Numbered from the whole stretch's first letter, positions 11,713 to 24,432 are shown. The stretch is DNA of 63,994 nt, filler included, from Octopus bimaculoides (GCF_001194135.2; 4 parts of 4 records of this genome joined end to end with filler, not necessarily neighbours in it), one strand, 5' to 3'. Numbers and translations: made by a program. Notes: a model not told the origin generated them from the letters alone.

Positions 11713-12735
11713 TCTGTATCTCATATATATATGCATATATATACTTATACGCACACACACATATATATATACTTATTTATAATGATACATATGATTATTA
11801 ATTTAAGATATAAATTGCTAATATTCATGCTGACTACCTGATAACGATCATTAATATGATTTTTATCCTTATTTCATGAATATAAATGAATAACATATTA
11901 TAATAGTATTTTCACTCCTCGTCAAAAACGCGCATTTTCTACATGTGGTCGTCGTGAGGAGATTTAAATTTGATATCTTCGAATTTATATTTGCAATTTT
12001 TTGGTGTATAGAGGTATAAACTCGCTTTGTTATGCGCATGTACACACACTTGTTTATATATTTTTGCATGTATTGCGCTGGCGATGAGAAAAACAATTAT
12101 TTAAAATTTAATCTTGCAATTAGCTATTTCACAATTAATGTGGAGGATGTGTTAAATATCATTTCACAAGCCGGCTTTCAATCGCATTTATTTCTGGAGT
12201 AGCTTCCTAATATTTAGACATTCGTTAAGTATGGAGCATGAAAGTCATATTTTGTCTTTCTCCGTTAATATACACTTCACGTATGGCTGTACATCCTTTT
12301 TGTTTGTTTATGTCACCATTTCGTTTTCCTGTCTTGTTATCCGTCCGCCACTACCCTCCACGAAAACAATTTGATTTGTGTTCGTGGGAAGAACCATTTT
12401 AACGATGCGTACTGCCTTAATTCTTTGAAACGCCGGAGTTTTAATGGTGGCAGCTGATGAAGGGGATGTTTCTATGTGGCCTGCTTGTTTGTCGCACCTT
12501 GTTTACCATTTTGTCCTTGTTCTTTTGCCACGTCATGTACCCAGTTATGTATCTATATGTACATGTAGATGAACGTATATACATGCATGTACATATATAT
12601 GCATATACTCATATATTNNNNNNNNNNNNNNNNNNNNNNNNNNNNNNNNNNNNNNNNNNNNNNNNNNNNNNNNNNNNNNNNNNNNNNNNNNNNNNNNNNN
12701 NNNNNNNNNNNNNNNNNNNNNNNNNNNNNNNNNNN

Positions 12736-12785
<50 letters not shown>

Positions 12786-12839
12786 AGTGTGTGTGTTTGT
12801 GTGTGTGCGTGTGTGTATTCTTCATTCGACTCCCTTATA

Positions 12840-13590
12840 TCGTTCATTCCACCTCAATGTTTACTATCAAAACCAATACCCACTTACACATCACCCCATG
12901 GTTACCTTCTCTCTACCTTTTCTGTAGCCCTACGCACATACCTCACACTCTTTTACTCCTTACCCATCAACTCCTCCTCTCTCTCCAAATATTTCTCCCT
13001 TTCTCCTATCACTTTATTCTGGCCCCTAGTTAACACAACCTCTCTGATTTCGTTCCTTCTCTCTTCATTTCATTTTTGTCTTCCACCCATTTGCTTCTCT
13101 TTTTTCCTCCCATTCTCTCTTCCTGTTTTTAATTTGACCACTGTCCTCTTTCTAATCATACACATCTCTCCTCCCCCTGACTATACATTAGTACTACCAA
13201 CACGTTTTAATTCACACCAAAATAACCCCTCAATCGACCAACACTGCTTACAAGGCCTTATGCTTGTAAATATAAATGCCGACAAACATAACAACTATTG
13301 GGACTCACACACTAGGTGCAAGAAAATTTCTTCACCCAAAGAAAATTGTCACCAATTATATACACGATTCTACTTGAATAATAGAACTGCAAAAACAATA
13401 TCCTTATGTATCTCACTTATATTAATACTTTTACTTTCCTCTCTATTTCATACCTTCTCTCAAATAATTAATACTCAAACATATTCTCGCGTCATCTCTG
13501 ATGAAGGGACATATAAAATATCCCGGAGAAAGCTGTGAGACCTTTTCTGGACAAATGTTATGAAATCTATTAACTGCTTTGTTTTTTTTA
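12840..13590 (+). mobile_element. Penelope-associated pyrimidine-rich repeat with terminal degenerate HHR (13494-13542)
   Basis: TCT-CTGATGA-AGGGAC..ATATCCC-GGAGAAAGCTGTG|AGA; 3' end similar to 7093-7790. Confidence 0.45.
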
Positions 13591-13604
13591 ATAGTGTTTT
13601 GTCA

Positions 13605-13647
<43 letters not shown>

Positions 13648-13724
13648 TATATATATAGGTATATATTTATGTATATGTTTATATCAGTTTTCGTATATTC
13701 CAATGGTATTCTCTGTCTATTATT

Positions 13725-14160
13725 GTGAAAGCTGTGACATGAGGAGATGTTGATGAATCGCTTATAGCTGATCATATGCGGAAAAATGGAAACTACCGCC
13801 CCATGTGGGATGAAGTTAAAACTATAGACAGATGCCACCACAGGAAAATATGAAAACTAATAGAAGCAGTACATTTTCTAGGACACGACAAGCTCCTAAT
13901 CAGATCGTGTGCAGATATGAATATCAAACGGGAACCGGTATTAAGGACAGATAGGAAAATACTAGATTTATAAGCCCTAAAATTCACTCCATAATTGCCC
14001 ATAAGCATATGGCGTAGTGATTACTGTCCCCAAGATTCGGAGTTGTATTGTAAGCAGTGATTTCTGTATTAACCGCTTCAAGAAGCGGTTGATACAGAAA
14101 TAGCTCAAACTATAAATTGTTTTCAACAACTTCATACTTGTACATTTCATCGTCTACTTG
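13725..14160 (+). mobile_element. Penelope-like element 3' fragment (C-terminal GIY-YIG region, pseudogenised)
   Basis: Frame 13725-13973: KAVT*GDVDESLIADHMRKNGNYRPMWDEVKTIDRCHHRKI*KLIEAVHF.., matching the S-IA-H..WD-VK-ID..K-EA-H pattern of PLE endonuclease tails. Confidence 0.7.
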
Positions 14161-14956
14161 ATCTTTTCACTCTGTACATTCTAACAGCAATATTATACCT
14201 AAATTGTTTGAAATACCATTTAGTTTGGGGCTCGTTTAAATTGGTTGGAAAACTATGCAATCCAGTAGGAACTCAATATTTGCATCAGGCTTATTACAAA
14301 TATCAAACTTTGGCTGGCTTTGTTTGTGATTAGTTTTTTATGACCGAACAATGCTGTTTTGATGAATATAAGATGTATATATAACAAAAATTAAAAAAAA
14401 TCATATAAAACCTGTTTTATTTAATTATAAACTTGATACCGTACATAGGAGACAACAAAATTACTTTCTGTAACAATGTAAGTATGTTTTCTTGCACCAT
14501 TTAAATCTTATTGTGAGGAAGCACTTGCAATATATTTCTACCAATAGATTCATTTGCGTAGATTCTAGCAATTTTAAAGAAGTAAGGCATTTTACAGTAT
14601 ATAATCTATCCTTAAGAAAAGAAGCTCAAGATTGTCAGGATAAAATTCGGGACTTATACTGGGAATCTCTTATCTATAGGCTAATATACCATGATGAGGA
14701 TGTTTAGTCCACATATCAAATAGGTAAGCGAACCTATCTTTTCCGTTTCAGTGAATGATTTTGATGTAACAAAGGCTCTCGTTATTATATATATTAAATA
14801 ACTTAACAATGGAGGCCATCAGCTGTCGTAGAAATCAGGGCAGCAGATGACGAGTCATGGAATATCAACATTTTATAGTTTAGTAAGCGGTATCACAAAA
14901 GAAAATATTGTAAGTATATTCATTTTGACAGAACGATTATGTAGTAACAACACAAA

Positions 14957-15460
14957 TCTATAATAATAAAAGCGAGATTCGGTCTGTCCGTCTGGAACCA
15001 CAGTATCTCAGTCTATATTCGATCTACTTAGATATATTATACTTTTAGGAATTAGGATGATCTTGGGATTGAAAATCTGCTTTTCAATTTTTTCTTGAAC
15101 ATGCAGAATTTGGAGCTAATTTGAAGGTATTTGAGTTGCTATTTCTAGCAGATAAATCTTGGTTGAGTAACGCTATCTTGGTTGGAATTTAGCAGATGAC
15201 GCTAGAGATCAAGAGGAAGATATATGACATTCACTATGTTAATTTTATGTAGAGATAAGAACTTTGGTACTAATTGGCCAACATCTCGGAAATCAACTTG
15301 GGACTGGAACGATAGAATAATTGCATTGCAGAATTAATTCTCACCCGGCCTTAGTCTGTTGTCATGCGATTTATCACCCTCTAGTTTTGGGCTGCGGGCC
15401 CAAATAGCCCTCCGCAGGAGCCAGCTGAAACGTCTGCACGGAGACCGGCTTTTCGGCTAG
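14957..15460 (+). mobile_element. Complete non-autonomous Helitron (~504 bp)
   Basis: A|TCTATAATAATAAAAGCG..GTCTGTCCGTCTG 5' end, subterminal GC-rich hairpin, CTAG|T 3' end, inserted between A and T. Confidence 0.6.
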
Positions 15461-15479
15461 TATGTAATAATGACTTGAG

Positions 15480-15647
15480 ATATTTCCCACATGGGCAGTT
15501 TGGGGGGAAGGTATTAAGTCGGTTACGTCGAGCCCGAAAGGATGAAAGGTAAAGTCATCCTAGGCGAAATTTGAACTCAAAACGTAGTAGCAAGCGAAAT
15601 ACCGCTAATCATTTCGCCCGGAGTGCTGCCGGTTCTCCCAGCTCGCT
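15480..15647 (-). mobile_element. Meta-like-core SINE copy
   Basis: CCCGAAAGGATGAAAGG..TTTGAACTC..ACCGCTAA..CCAGCTCG matches the other copies. Confidence 0.75.
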
Positions 15648-16689
15648 AATCACACATTGATAATAAAGGTATCAATGTGTGATTAGAGTAAGATTTTAAG
15701 ACGATGCAGCAGGTTTCGTAGTACTCTAAATTCACGGAGTATTAGATAGTTGCGTGGTTATTTGTATTGTAATTTTCGAAATGGATGCTTTTTAGTTTTA
15801 AATATGGGAATGCATTCTCATTCAGGTTTTTTTTTTTGATAAGGCCTCCAGAACGATACTTCCTACGTGTAGCGTTGATGATAGTTTTAGGGTTAGTAAA
15901 GTGTCTTATAGGAAGGATTGATCTAAGAGATAATGTTCGTAAGTAACAGATGTGTTTGATATCATCCACAATACCAGGGGGCATTCTTCATTTTCTTTCA
16001 CAATAAGGATGTCTCTTTGAAGCCTTATCTTAAATATTGATCAGGTATTTCGTAGATACCTAAACTCTTGGGGTAGCAAATGAGTAACAATTGTGTGAGA
16101 TGTGACGTAATTATCGCGAGTTGAAGTAGGATTGATACACCGGTCAATGGTGCTACTACTTTCATGCTTACATGTTACATAAACATGCATAGCATGTAGC
16201 TTGAAGTAAGAGTAACTCTCTGTTAATTTACTATACAGATTGGTAAACTAAACCATTCTCGGAAGAAGGGAAGCGTGTACAGACAACGTAGCAGTGTATG
16301 AGTACACGAACAAAACCCTGACTTTGCCGAGTCATTCTATTCATTATTCTAATCCTGTTCAGTATGCAATCTATTTTCCATTCCTCGTAATTTATGGCAT
16401 TCATTAATAATAGATAAGATAGACAGGTCAATCACATGCGAATTCTTTCTCTGGTAAAACATTCGTCCTCGTTTTTTAACCAAGAATAAAGTTATGATTT
16501 GTGAGAATGTTGTTAATGTTTCAAACTGTCACCTATTATTATAAATACTGAGTACAGTAAAAGGTCATTTAGAAGAAGAAAAAAAAACTTTGTTCTATGA
16601 AGTATTTGCATTGCCAAAAAATCACTGATAGACCGTTCACTGCTCGGTGAAAAGCTATGTACGTATGTGCATAAGTATGTACCCATTCT

Positions 16690-16712
16690 CTATCTCTATC
16701 TTTCTCTCTATC

Positions 16713-16779
<67 letters not shown>

Positions 16780-16810
16780 TTCTCTCTCTCCCTCTCTCTC
16801 TTTCTCTCTG
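16690..16810. repeat. (CT)n microsatellite
   Basis: Direct reading. Confidence 0.95.
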
Positions 16811-17616
16811 ATATACATACAGATATACACACATACATATATACACACGTATGTTTGTGCGTATGTAATAAACACCAAAGTGTATGTAATTCAAAGATAA
16901 AAAAATGTAAAAAATTCTACTTATTTCCTTACTGCATAAAACATTCATCCTTTTCTGCGTATTTTTCTCAAAAACCGAAGCCCTTTCATATGTAACATGA
17001 ATTGTAACTAATTAAATATATTCATCGACAAAGAGAGTATATATTTCTCCATTTTTGATTATAATAAAACTTAACCGACATTTCGACGTTGGTCGAATAT
17101 ATATTTTTCCAATTTCATATGGAATGCTTTGCGATCAATGAAAATTAATATATTTATTTTTGAGCAAGTAGTACTAGAGCAAGTTACAATTCTGAATTAA
17201 TCGTTATTATATTATTTTTTTTTGGCGCCCTTATTTTATGTAATTCTCTGATGCGCCGCAATGTCTTAAAATTTTTGATAATCTAAAGCACTTGTCAAGT
17301 AGAGGGCTCGATAGGGTGCAATCCTCCCATCCATTCCATATTTGTGAACTTGGTTTTATGTACGAAATCTTTCCCTTATTAATATTATTGAAAGAAAAGC
17401 TATTGAGCTGAAGAAATTGTGCCGGAATAAACACTTCTCGTAATTAATGCTATGTTATATTAAGCTTTCAGTCGAACTTTTCTTATGAGATCTATATATA
17501 TAAAAATCCTTCAAGAATACGTGGAGAAATACAATATTCTGGGGTTGATTCTATCGACGATATACAAAAAAGGTACTTAAAATCGAAGATATTGCTGATA
17601 GGAATAATAATAGAAA

Positions 17617-17617
<1 letters not shown>

Positions 17618-17669
<52 letters not shown>

Positions 17670-17708
17670 TTATTATTATCATTATTATTATTATTACTAT
17701 TATTATTA

Positions 17709-17780
<72 letters not shown>
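17618..17780. repeat. (TAC)n-(TAT)n compound microsatellite
   Basis: Direct reading. Confidence 0.95.
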
Positions 17781-17781
<1 letters not shown>

Positions 17782-18626
17782 CCGAATTAATAACGACGCT
17801 GAGAAAAACCTGAATAAAGTATAAGAAAAAAGAAATCTGAAAACAACAACAGCAATACCAACTTATACTAAGACGTAATATATTTTAATATTGCAATGTT
17901 CTTTGTGTTCACGAAACCCGATAAAACAAGAAACCAAAAATTAATTTAATCAAGAGAGAGAGGAAAGCGAAATGAAAGTAACTCTGAAGAAATAATGAAA
18001 TAAAAGAAAGGCAAAAGAAGATAAAATAAAATAAAATAAAATAAAAAAATTGAAACAATTATTTTCTGAACAGAAAAACAACGTAAAAATAATATAATGA
18101 AATATAAATAAGCGCTACGGTATAATATTTTAGAAATGTTCTGTTCGCTTCATCGGCTTTTTAGAGTTAGTTCGTTAGAAAATTTAGCATTTATTATGAA
18201 GAATTTTTTTAATTAAAATCTAATTTTAAACATAATGTCAAACGTTGTTAATTTATTATACTTCCAACAAATAAGGTTTTTAGAAGTAGCTTAATATGGT
18301 TTCTGAAGATCGAACTAGTAGTGGCATTGCAACAAATGCCAAAACAAATCAATATTATGATTTAGAAGGAAGAACGATGGCAACTAAACAACAAAGGTTA
18401 TCATCAATGAAATGGCTACAAGGAAACTAAAGGCGTGACATTTTTTTTAATGAAGCCATAATGATTACGTCTGAGAAAAGAAAATAATACAATGTAATAT
18501 ATCCCTAGAGGTATTTACAAAAAAAATAAATTTTAAAAAATGACTTTCTCACAGCAATGTTATAACTGTTTTGTTTTAACGCTTATCAATATTCCATTAT
18601 TTTATGTCTCTGGCTAACATACACAT

Positions 18627-18627
<1 letters not shown>

Positions 18628-18708
<81 letters not shown>
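18628..18708. repeat. (CA)n microsatellite
   Basis: Direct reading. Confidence 0.95.
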
Positions 18709-18711
<3 letters not shown>

Positions 18712-19222
18712 TATATATGCAAAAGAAATGATAGCGATGGAATATGGAATGTAGGAGAAACGTTTTTCATCACAACGATCCTTTCGACCGAGTTGCATTG
18801 ATGCATCATGGATTCTGTAGGACTGGTTCTGGTGTATGCGTGTGTCATCAGATGCTTTTTTCAAGGGGCCTCTCCTTAAATAAACGTAGGTTTTAGCCCT
18901 TGAGCTCCAGCTTCAATAAAGTCAGCAAGAGATACTACCGTCATTAGGAGATTTTCTGTGGCAACTAAAATCTTATAAGATAAAATATATGACTTGCTCC
19001 ATAATAAGCGGTGCACAAACATACGCTACACTTTCCAGGAGGTGCAGACTATCTTCCGAGGAATAATTATGAATATTGTAAACCAGAGAAAAGATCATTA
19101 CTAAAACTGTGAAAAGAATAATATGTTCGCCTGCTAAGCACAAAAGAGTCAGAATTTTGTATATCCACTGACTTAATTATCTTTTACATATTACCTAGAT
19201 TTATAAGTACTTAAGCGAAACA

Positions 19223-19703
19223 TCTCCTGAGGTGATACTTTTTAAGAAGCATCTTGTTAAATAAACCCTGTTCGGTACGGTTCCAATATAGCATGAACAA
19301 GAAAGTGGACCTAAACGGTCACGCGAAATGTACTGAGAGCGGCAGGGCAGAAGGTTATTTGGTTTCTTCTGATACTAACAAGAATGTCTGATTGAGTTTA
19401 ATGATATCTGCTTAACTGTGCATGTGCGATTGTGTTTGGTGTATACAAAGCATATATAATTTTTTATCTTATCGTATTTTTATTTAAGTTATGTTTCATA
19501 TGTTACCTTATTTATCGCATTTACTGTTGTAATTCATTTACTGTTAAATACATGTATTCCTAGAAACCGTTTATAACATCGCAACGGAATATGTGCATTG
19601 CCATTCTATAAAACCTACTTTCACTAAATTCATGCTATATTGGAACCGTACCAAACAGGGTTTATTTAACAAGATGCTTCTTAAAAAGTATCACCTCAGG
19701 AGA
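19223..19703. repeat. 75-bp inverted repeat (19223-19297 / 19629-19703) around a ~330-bp spacer
   Basis: Arms are reverse-complementary with one mismatch seen; no TSD detected. Confidence 0.9.
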
Positions 19704-19966
19704 CAATTGTATACCGAGGGATGCACCACAGCCACACGTAAACCATCCCACTCATGATGGCTCGATACATGATGTGTTGAAACGACCGTTGTGAGCAATA
19801 AAATTTCTAGTGCATTGAATTTTTGTACTCTGTCATTTTACATTCTCGACAAAAGTTAAGGAATTTCTGAAGAAAATCCAGCGACACTTGTAAACATACA
19901 GTGGATGACGCAGTGGACGTGCTCCACCCACTAATTAGAAGGTATGGATCCATATCCTAAATAATA

Positions 19967-19999
<33 letters not shown>

Positions 20000-20419
20000 N
20001 NNNNNNNNNNNNNNNNNNNNNNNNNNNNNNNNNNNNNNNNNNNNNNNNNNNNNNNNNNNNNNNNNNNNNNNNNNNNNNNNNNNNNNNNNNNNNNNNNNNN
20101 NNNNNNNNNNNNNNNNNNNNNNNNNNNNNNNNNNNNNNNNNNNNNNNNNNNNNNNNNNNNNNNNNNNNNNNNNNNNNNNNNNNNNNNNNNNNNNNNNNNN
20201 NNNNNNNNNNNNNNNNNNNNNNNNNNNNNNNNNNNNNNNNNNNNNNNNNNNNNNNNNNNNNNNNNNNNNNNNNNNNNNNNNNNNNNNACAGTTGCTTCAA
20301 CACATACCGAAGTTCAGAAATAGCAGTCAAAATGCTGAGACTCCAACAGATAGCATTACTTGTAACTCACAAAGGCAAAACAAGAAGAAAGAACAAGGAA
20401 AACTAACCAGTCGAAGTTA

Positions 20420-20477
20420 ATCATAGACGCGTTTCTGGCTTAGGAGCGATAACACTCCATTTCCTCTTCAGTATGTT
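20420..20477 (-). ncRNA. Type I hammerhead ribozyme (mirror copy)
   Basis: AACATA-CTGAAGA-GG..GGAGTG.TTAT.CGCTCC..CCA-GAAAC-GC-GTC|TATGAT. Confidence 0.75.
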
Positions 20478-20970
20478 ATTCTCGTTGTAGATTCGATGGT
20501 GCTAGCATTTGTGCATGTATGGCAGAGTGAACATCATGTATACGCACAACTTGAAAACACCTCCGAACCTACATAGGCTAGCCAGTCCACTATTCGTCCT
20601 CAAGAAATTACCATGTGCGTCACAACCAATACCGCAGAAAATATGCGGTTTACTATCAGGTAGTGTATAATTATTACAATTAAAAGCGTAAAGGTTTATC
20701 AATTTATTAAATTATTAATTGTTAATTTATTAATAAATTAATAAATTGATAAACCTTTACCCTTTTAATTGTAATAATTATTCATTCCCTGATAGTAAAC
20801 CGCAGATTTTCTGCGGTATTGTTTGTGGCGCACATGGTAATTTCTTGAGTACGAATAGTGGACTGGCTGGCCTATATAGGTTCGGAGGTGTTTTCAAGTT
20901 GTGCTGATGCATGATGTTCACTCTGTCATACATGCACAATTGCTAGCACCGTCGAATCTACAACGAGAAT

Positions 20971-21028
20971 ATCATACTGAAGAGGAAATGGAGTGTTATC
21001 GCTCCTAAGCCAGAAACGCGTCTATGAT
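20971..21028 (+). ncRNA. Type I hammerhead ribozyme
   Basis: ATCATA-CTGAAGA-GGAAATGGAGTGTTATCGCTCCTAAGCCA-GAAAC-GC-GTC|TATGAT: perfect 6-bp helix I, palindromic ACGCGT, GUC triplet, one extra A before GAAA. Confidence 0.8.
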
Positions 21029-21381
21029 TAACTTCGACTGGTTAGTTTTCATTGTTCTTTCTTCTTGTTTTGCCTTTGTGAGTTACAAGTAATGCTATCT
21101 GTTGGAGTCTCAGCATTTTGGCTGCTATTTCTGAATTCGGTATGTGGTGAAGCAACTGTTTGCTGATCTCTTAATTATGTTTATAAATGTATAAGAACTT
21201 TTAAATAAGTTCTCCACCGATAATGGTGTTTACATACCGAAGGGCTTGGTAAAAATTATTAATTGTTAATTTATTAATAAATTAATAAATTGATAAACCT
21301 TTACNNNNNNNNNNNNNNNNNNNNNNNNNNNNNNNNNNNNNNNNNNNNNNNNNNNNNNNNNNNNNNNNNNNNNNNNNNNNN

Positions 21382-21485
21382 NACGTACATACATACATAC
21401 ATACATACATACATGCGTATAGGCATGTATACATGCATACTCGTGTACACAAATGCATACGCACATACATGTACACACATACATA

Positions 21486-21516
<31 letters not shown>

Positions 21517-21552
21517 CATACATACATACATACATACATACATACATACGTA
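21382..21552. repeat. (TACA)n tetranucleotide repeat, interrupted
   Basis: Direct reading. Confidence 0.9.
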
Positions 21553-22447
21553 CATATATATCATGAACTAACTGTTACTTTCTCAGAGGCAGCACGGAAT
21601 TTTTTCCATGAACAAGTCGCGGCCTCAAAGCGACGAATATATTTTGGCAATTTAAATTTAATTGTTGAAGCGAATCTAATGGTTTTCTTAAATGGCTTAT
21701 ACACACCTTGCACGCTTCAATTGTTTTCATTCCAGCGCACGATCTCAGATCAGGTCACTTGCTATGCAAGTTCATGTCCGTAATATATATATTTATATAT
21801 ATATATATATNNNNNNNNNNNNNNNNNNNNNNNNNNNNNNNNNNNNNNNNNNNNNNNNNNNNNNNNNNNNNNNNNNNNNNNNNNNNNNNNNNNNNNNNNN
21901 NNNNNNNNNNNNNNNNNNNNNNNNNNNNNNNNNNNNNNNNNNNNNNNNNNNNNNNNNNNNNNNNNNNNNNNNNNNNNNNNNNNNNNNNNNNNNNNNNNNN
22001 NNNNNNNNNNNNNNNNNNNNNNNNNNNNNNNNNNNNNNNNNNNNNNNNNNNNNNNNNNNNNNNNNNNNNNNNNNNNNNNNNNNNNNNNNNNNNNNNNNNN
22101 NNNNNNNNNNNNNNNNNNNNNNNNNNNNNNNNNNNNNNNNNNNNNNNNNNNNNNNNNNNNNNNNNNNNNNNNNNNNNNNNNNNNNNNNNNNNNNNNNNNN
22201 NNNNNNNNNNNNNNNNNNNNNNNNNNNNNNNNNNNNNNNNNNNNNNNNNNNNNNNNNNNNNNNNNNNNNNNNNNNNNNNNNNNNNNNNNNNNNNNNNNNN
22301 NNNNNNNNNNNNNNNNNNNNNNNNNNNNNNNNNNNNNNNNNNNNNNNNNNNNNNNNNNNNNNNNNNNNNNNNNNNNNNNNNNNNNNNNNNNNNNNNNNNN
22401 NNNNNNNNNNNNNNNNNNNNNNNNNNNNNNNNNNNNNNNNTATATAT

Positions 22448-22542
22448 AGGACATGCTTCTTTCACTTTCCGTCAAACTAATCCTTTCACAAGGCTTTGGT
22501 TGGCTCGAGGTCATATTAGAAAACATTTGCAGAAGGTAACAC
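22448..22542 (-). mobile_element. CORE-like SINE fragment
   Basis: CACAAGGCTTTGGTTGGCTCGAGG is the reverse complement of the GGCCCGACCAAAGCCTTGTG segment at 27700-27730. Confidence 0.55.
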
Positions 22543-23750
22543 ACACATATTTATTTATAGAGTTTGCTAAAAATGTCCTGGCCTTCAGAATAATATCACG
22601 ATAGACCTAGTTCAAATCCCAAGCATAAACTTCCAAATACCTTTACAGGGATTAAAGAAAAAGAACACTGACCGCTGCAATATGTGTGAGTCTGTGAGGG
22701 GCATATGCTGAATAAAAACATAATTAACTGATCCTCCTCGATATCCTTTAGTAAAAACCAATAATATAAATTAGTATGTTGGCTATTCTCAGTTTACAGC
22801 CACTAGGGTCAAGAACAATCGTCACTAAACTGACTATTTATGGTGTTCTTCAGAATTAATATTTACAAAATTTTATCACAAGCCGCTGTCAACTAGATAA
22901 TTTACTAATTATGGACCAGACAGTTGGTCGAACTGAAACCACAGCTGCTTAGTTTGAAGAGAAATTCTTAACCAGAATTCTACAAGTAGACACTCGTCAC
23001 CATGTAATTGTATAACCTAGAGCTTGACTAACCTAATATGAGTGTAGCTTGCATAAATTAAATGAGTCTTAAGATTGCCTCTTCAGAAATATTTAAAAAA
23101 ATAATCTTCGGTAAGTGCTCTTGGAATACTATGTATATAATCGTTATAAATTAATTATGCAATAGACAATTTATGGAAAACGATACCTTATGAATAGATT
23201 GTGGAAGCTAATTTTACAGAAAAGCACACACAAACACACATCACACACACACACAAACACGCATACACACACATACACATATATACATAATTAAGAACAC
23301 ACATACACAATCACATGCATATATACATAATTAAGAACTCCAGATAGGCATCTGCGCTTCTTACAGTAAAAAAAAAATGAGATAGAATACGTGTTATATG
23401 TAATATTTTCTGTACCTCGTTCCATGGAACATCGTTTCTACATCTTACTATATTTTAAACGAGATTATTTTAAAAGTCTTCAAGTTTTTCTCACATATAC
23501 CTACAAGCACTAGGCCAAAGGAAATATGACAGTCATCTAACTTCACTTTTACGTGACATGACTATTATATCGCTAATAAACTTCCCAACATAATAAAATA
23601 ATAATGCATTTGCAAATCCATTAGATTTCCTTCAACATAAAAATTTATTTGCCAAAATATTTTCGTCGCTTTCAGACCGCGACCTGTTCACTGACAAATT
23701 CCGTACTGCATTTATTTTGAACATATTAAGATAGTAATGCATTTGCATGC

Positions 23751-23751
<1 letters not shown>

Positions 23752-23797
<46 letters not shown>

Positions 23798-23864
23798 CAT
23801 CTATCTATCTATCTATCTATCTAGCTATCTATCTATCTAGCTATCTAGCTATCTAACTAACTAA

Positions 23865-23900
<36 letters not shown>

Positions 23901-23905
23901 ATATC
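23752..23905. repeat. (TCTA)n microsatellite
   Basis: Direct reading. Confidence 0.95.
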
Positions 23906-23916
23906 TATACATATAT

Positions 23917-24016
23917 NNNNNNNNNNNNNNNNNNNNNNNNNNNNNNNNNNNNNNNNNNNNTTAATTAATTAANNNNNNNNNNNNNNNNNNNNNNNNNNNN
24001 NNNNNNNNNNNNNNNN
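23917..24016. other. Artificial scaffold-join linker N44-TTAATTAATTAA-N44
   Basis: Exactly 100 bp; identical construct at 33181 and 62831; palindrome giving TAA in all six frames. Confidence 0.95.
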
Positions 24017-24432
24017 TATATATATATATATATATGTAGGTTATATCTAAACTGAAAGGGGACTTTAAAATGTCCCTAGTAGTGTGCCTTGAGAGCAATT
24101 TCGCCACGGACATCTACTAGGCGTCACCTGTCGTACTGCTTCTTCATCACAGTATCTACGTAAGCAATTCCTCGGTGCAGTGCAGGCAGAGTTATCTGCT
24201 GAAATTACATCCTTCGAAATGGATTAGAATACAATTCTTGGTGCCGTATGTACAAGTAGTATTCTGAGAAAGAACTGTAATGTTAGTAAGAGGGAATTAT
24301 TCAAGACCAATGAGTAAAAATACGAAGATATAAAACTAAACCTTTATTACTCATATTTTGTCGGCAAACATGAAAATACAGAAGAAAAACTCGTAATATA
24401 TTCTCCCGAAATGTCGTCAACGGAAATATTCA

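Larger units (their letters stand above)
20288..21304. mobile_element. HHR-bearing retrozyme-like/Penelope-associated element: ~870-bp palindrome plus start of a second tandem monomer (period ~544 nt)
   Basis: 20288-20710 is a near-identical reverse complement of 20738-21159; 20709-20760 recurs at 21253-21304; both ends run into gaps; no ORF. Confidence 0.8.

Noticed and set aside
12777-13538. 253-aa ORF
   Set aside because: Low-complexity F/L/S/P translation of a pyrimidine-rich repeat
18770-18854. CAT-CTGATGA..GAAAGGATCGTT on the minus strand
   Set aside because: Stem II base and stem III both broken; too degenerate to count as an HHR
21225-21252. CCGATAA-TGGT..ACC-GAAG at the tandem junction as a second HHR defining the monomer start
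   Set aside because: Needs at least four core changes; the real motif is at 20971-21028
23087-23110. 24-nt plus-strand microexon candidate (CTCTTCAG..TCG|GTAAGT)
   Set aside because: Good splice sites but no supporting neighbouring exons
24060-24260. GC-richer segment with several short protein-like frames
   Set aside because: Stops in all frames; more likely an unclassified repeat
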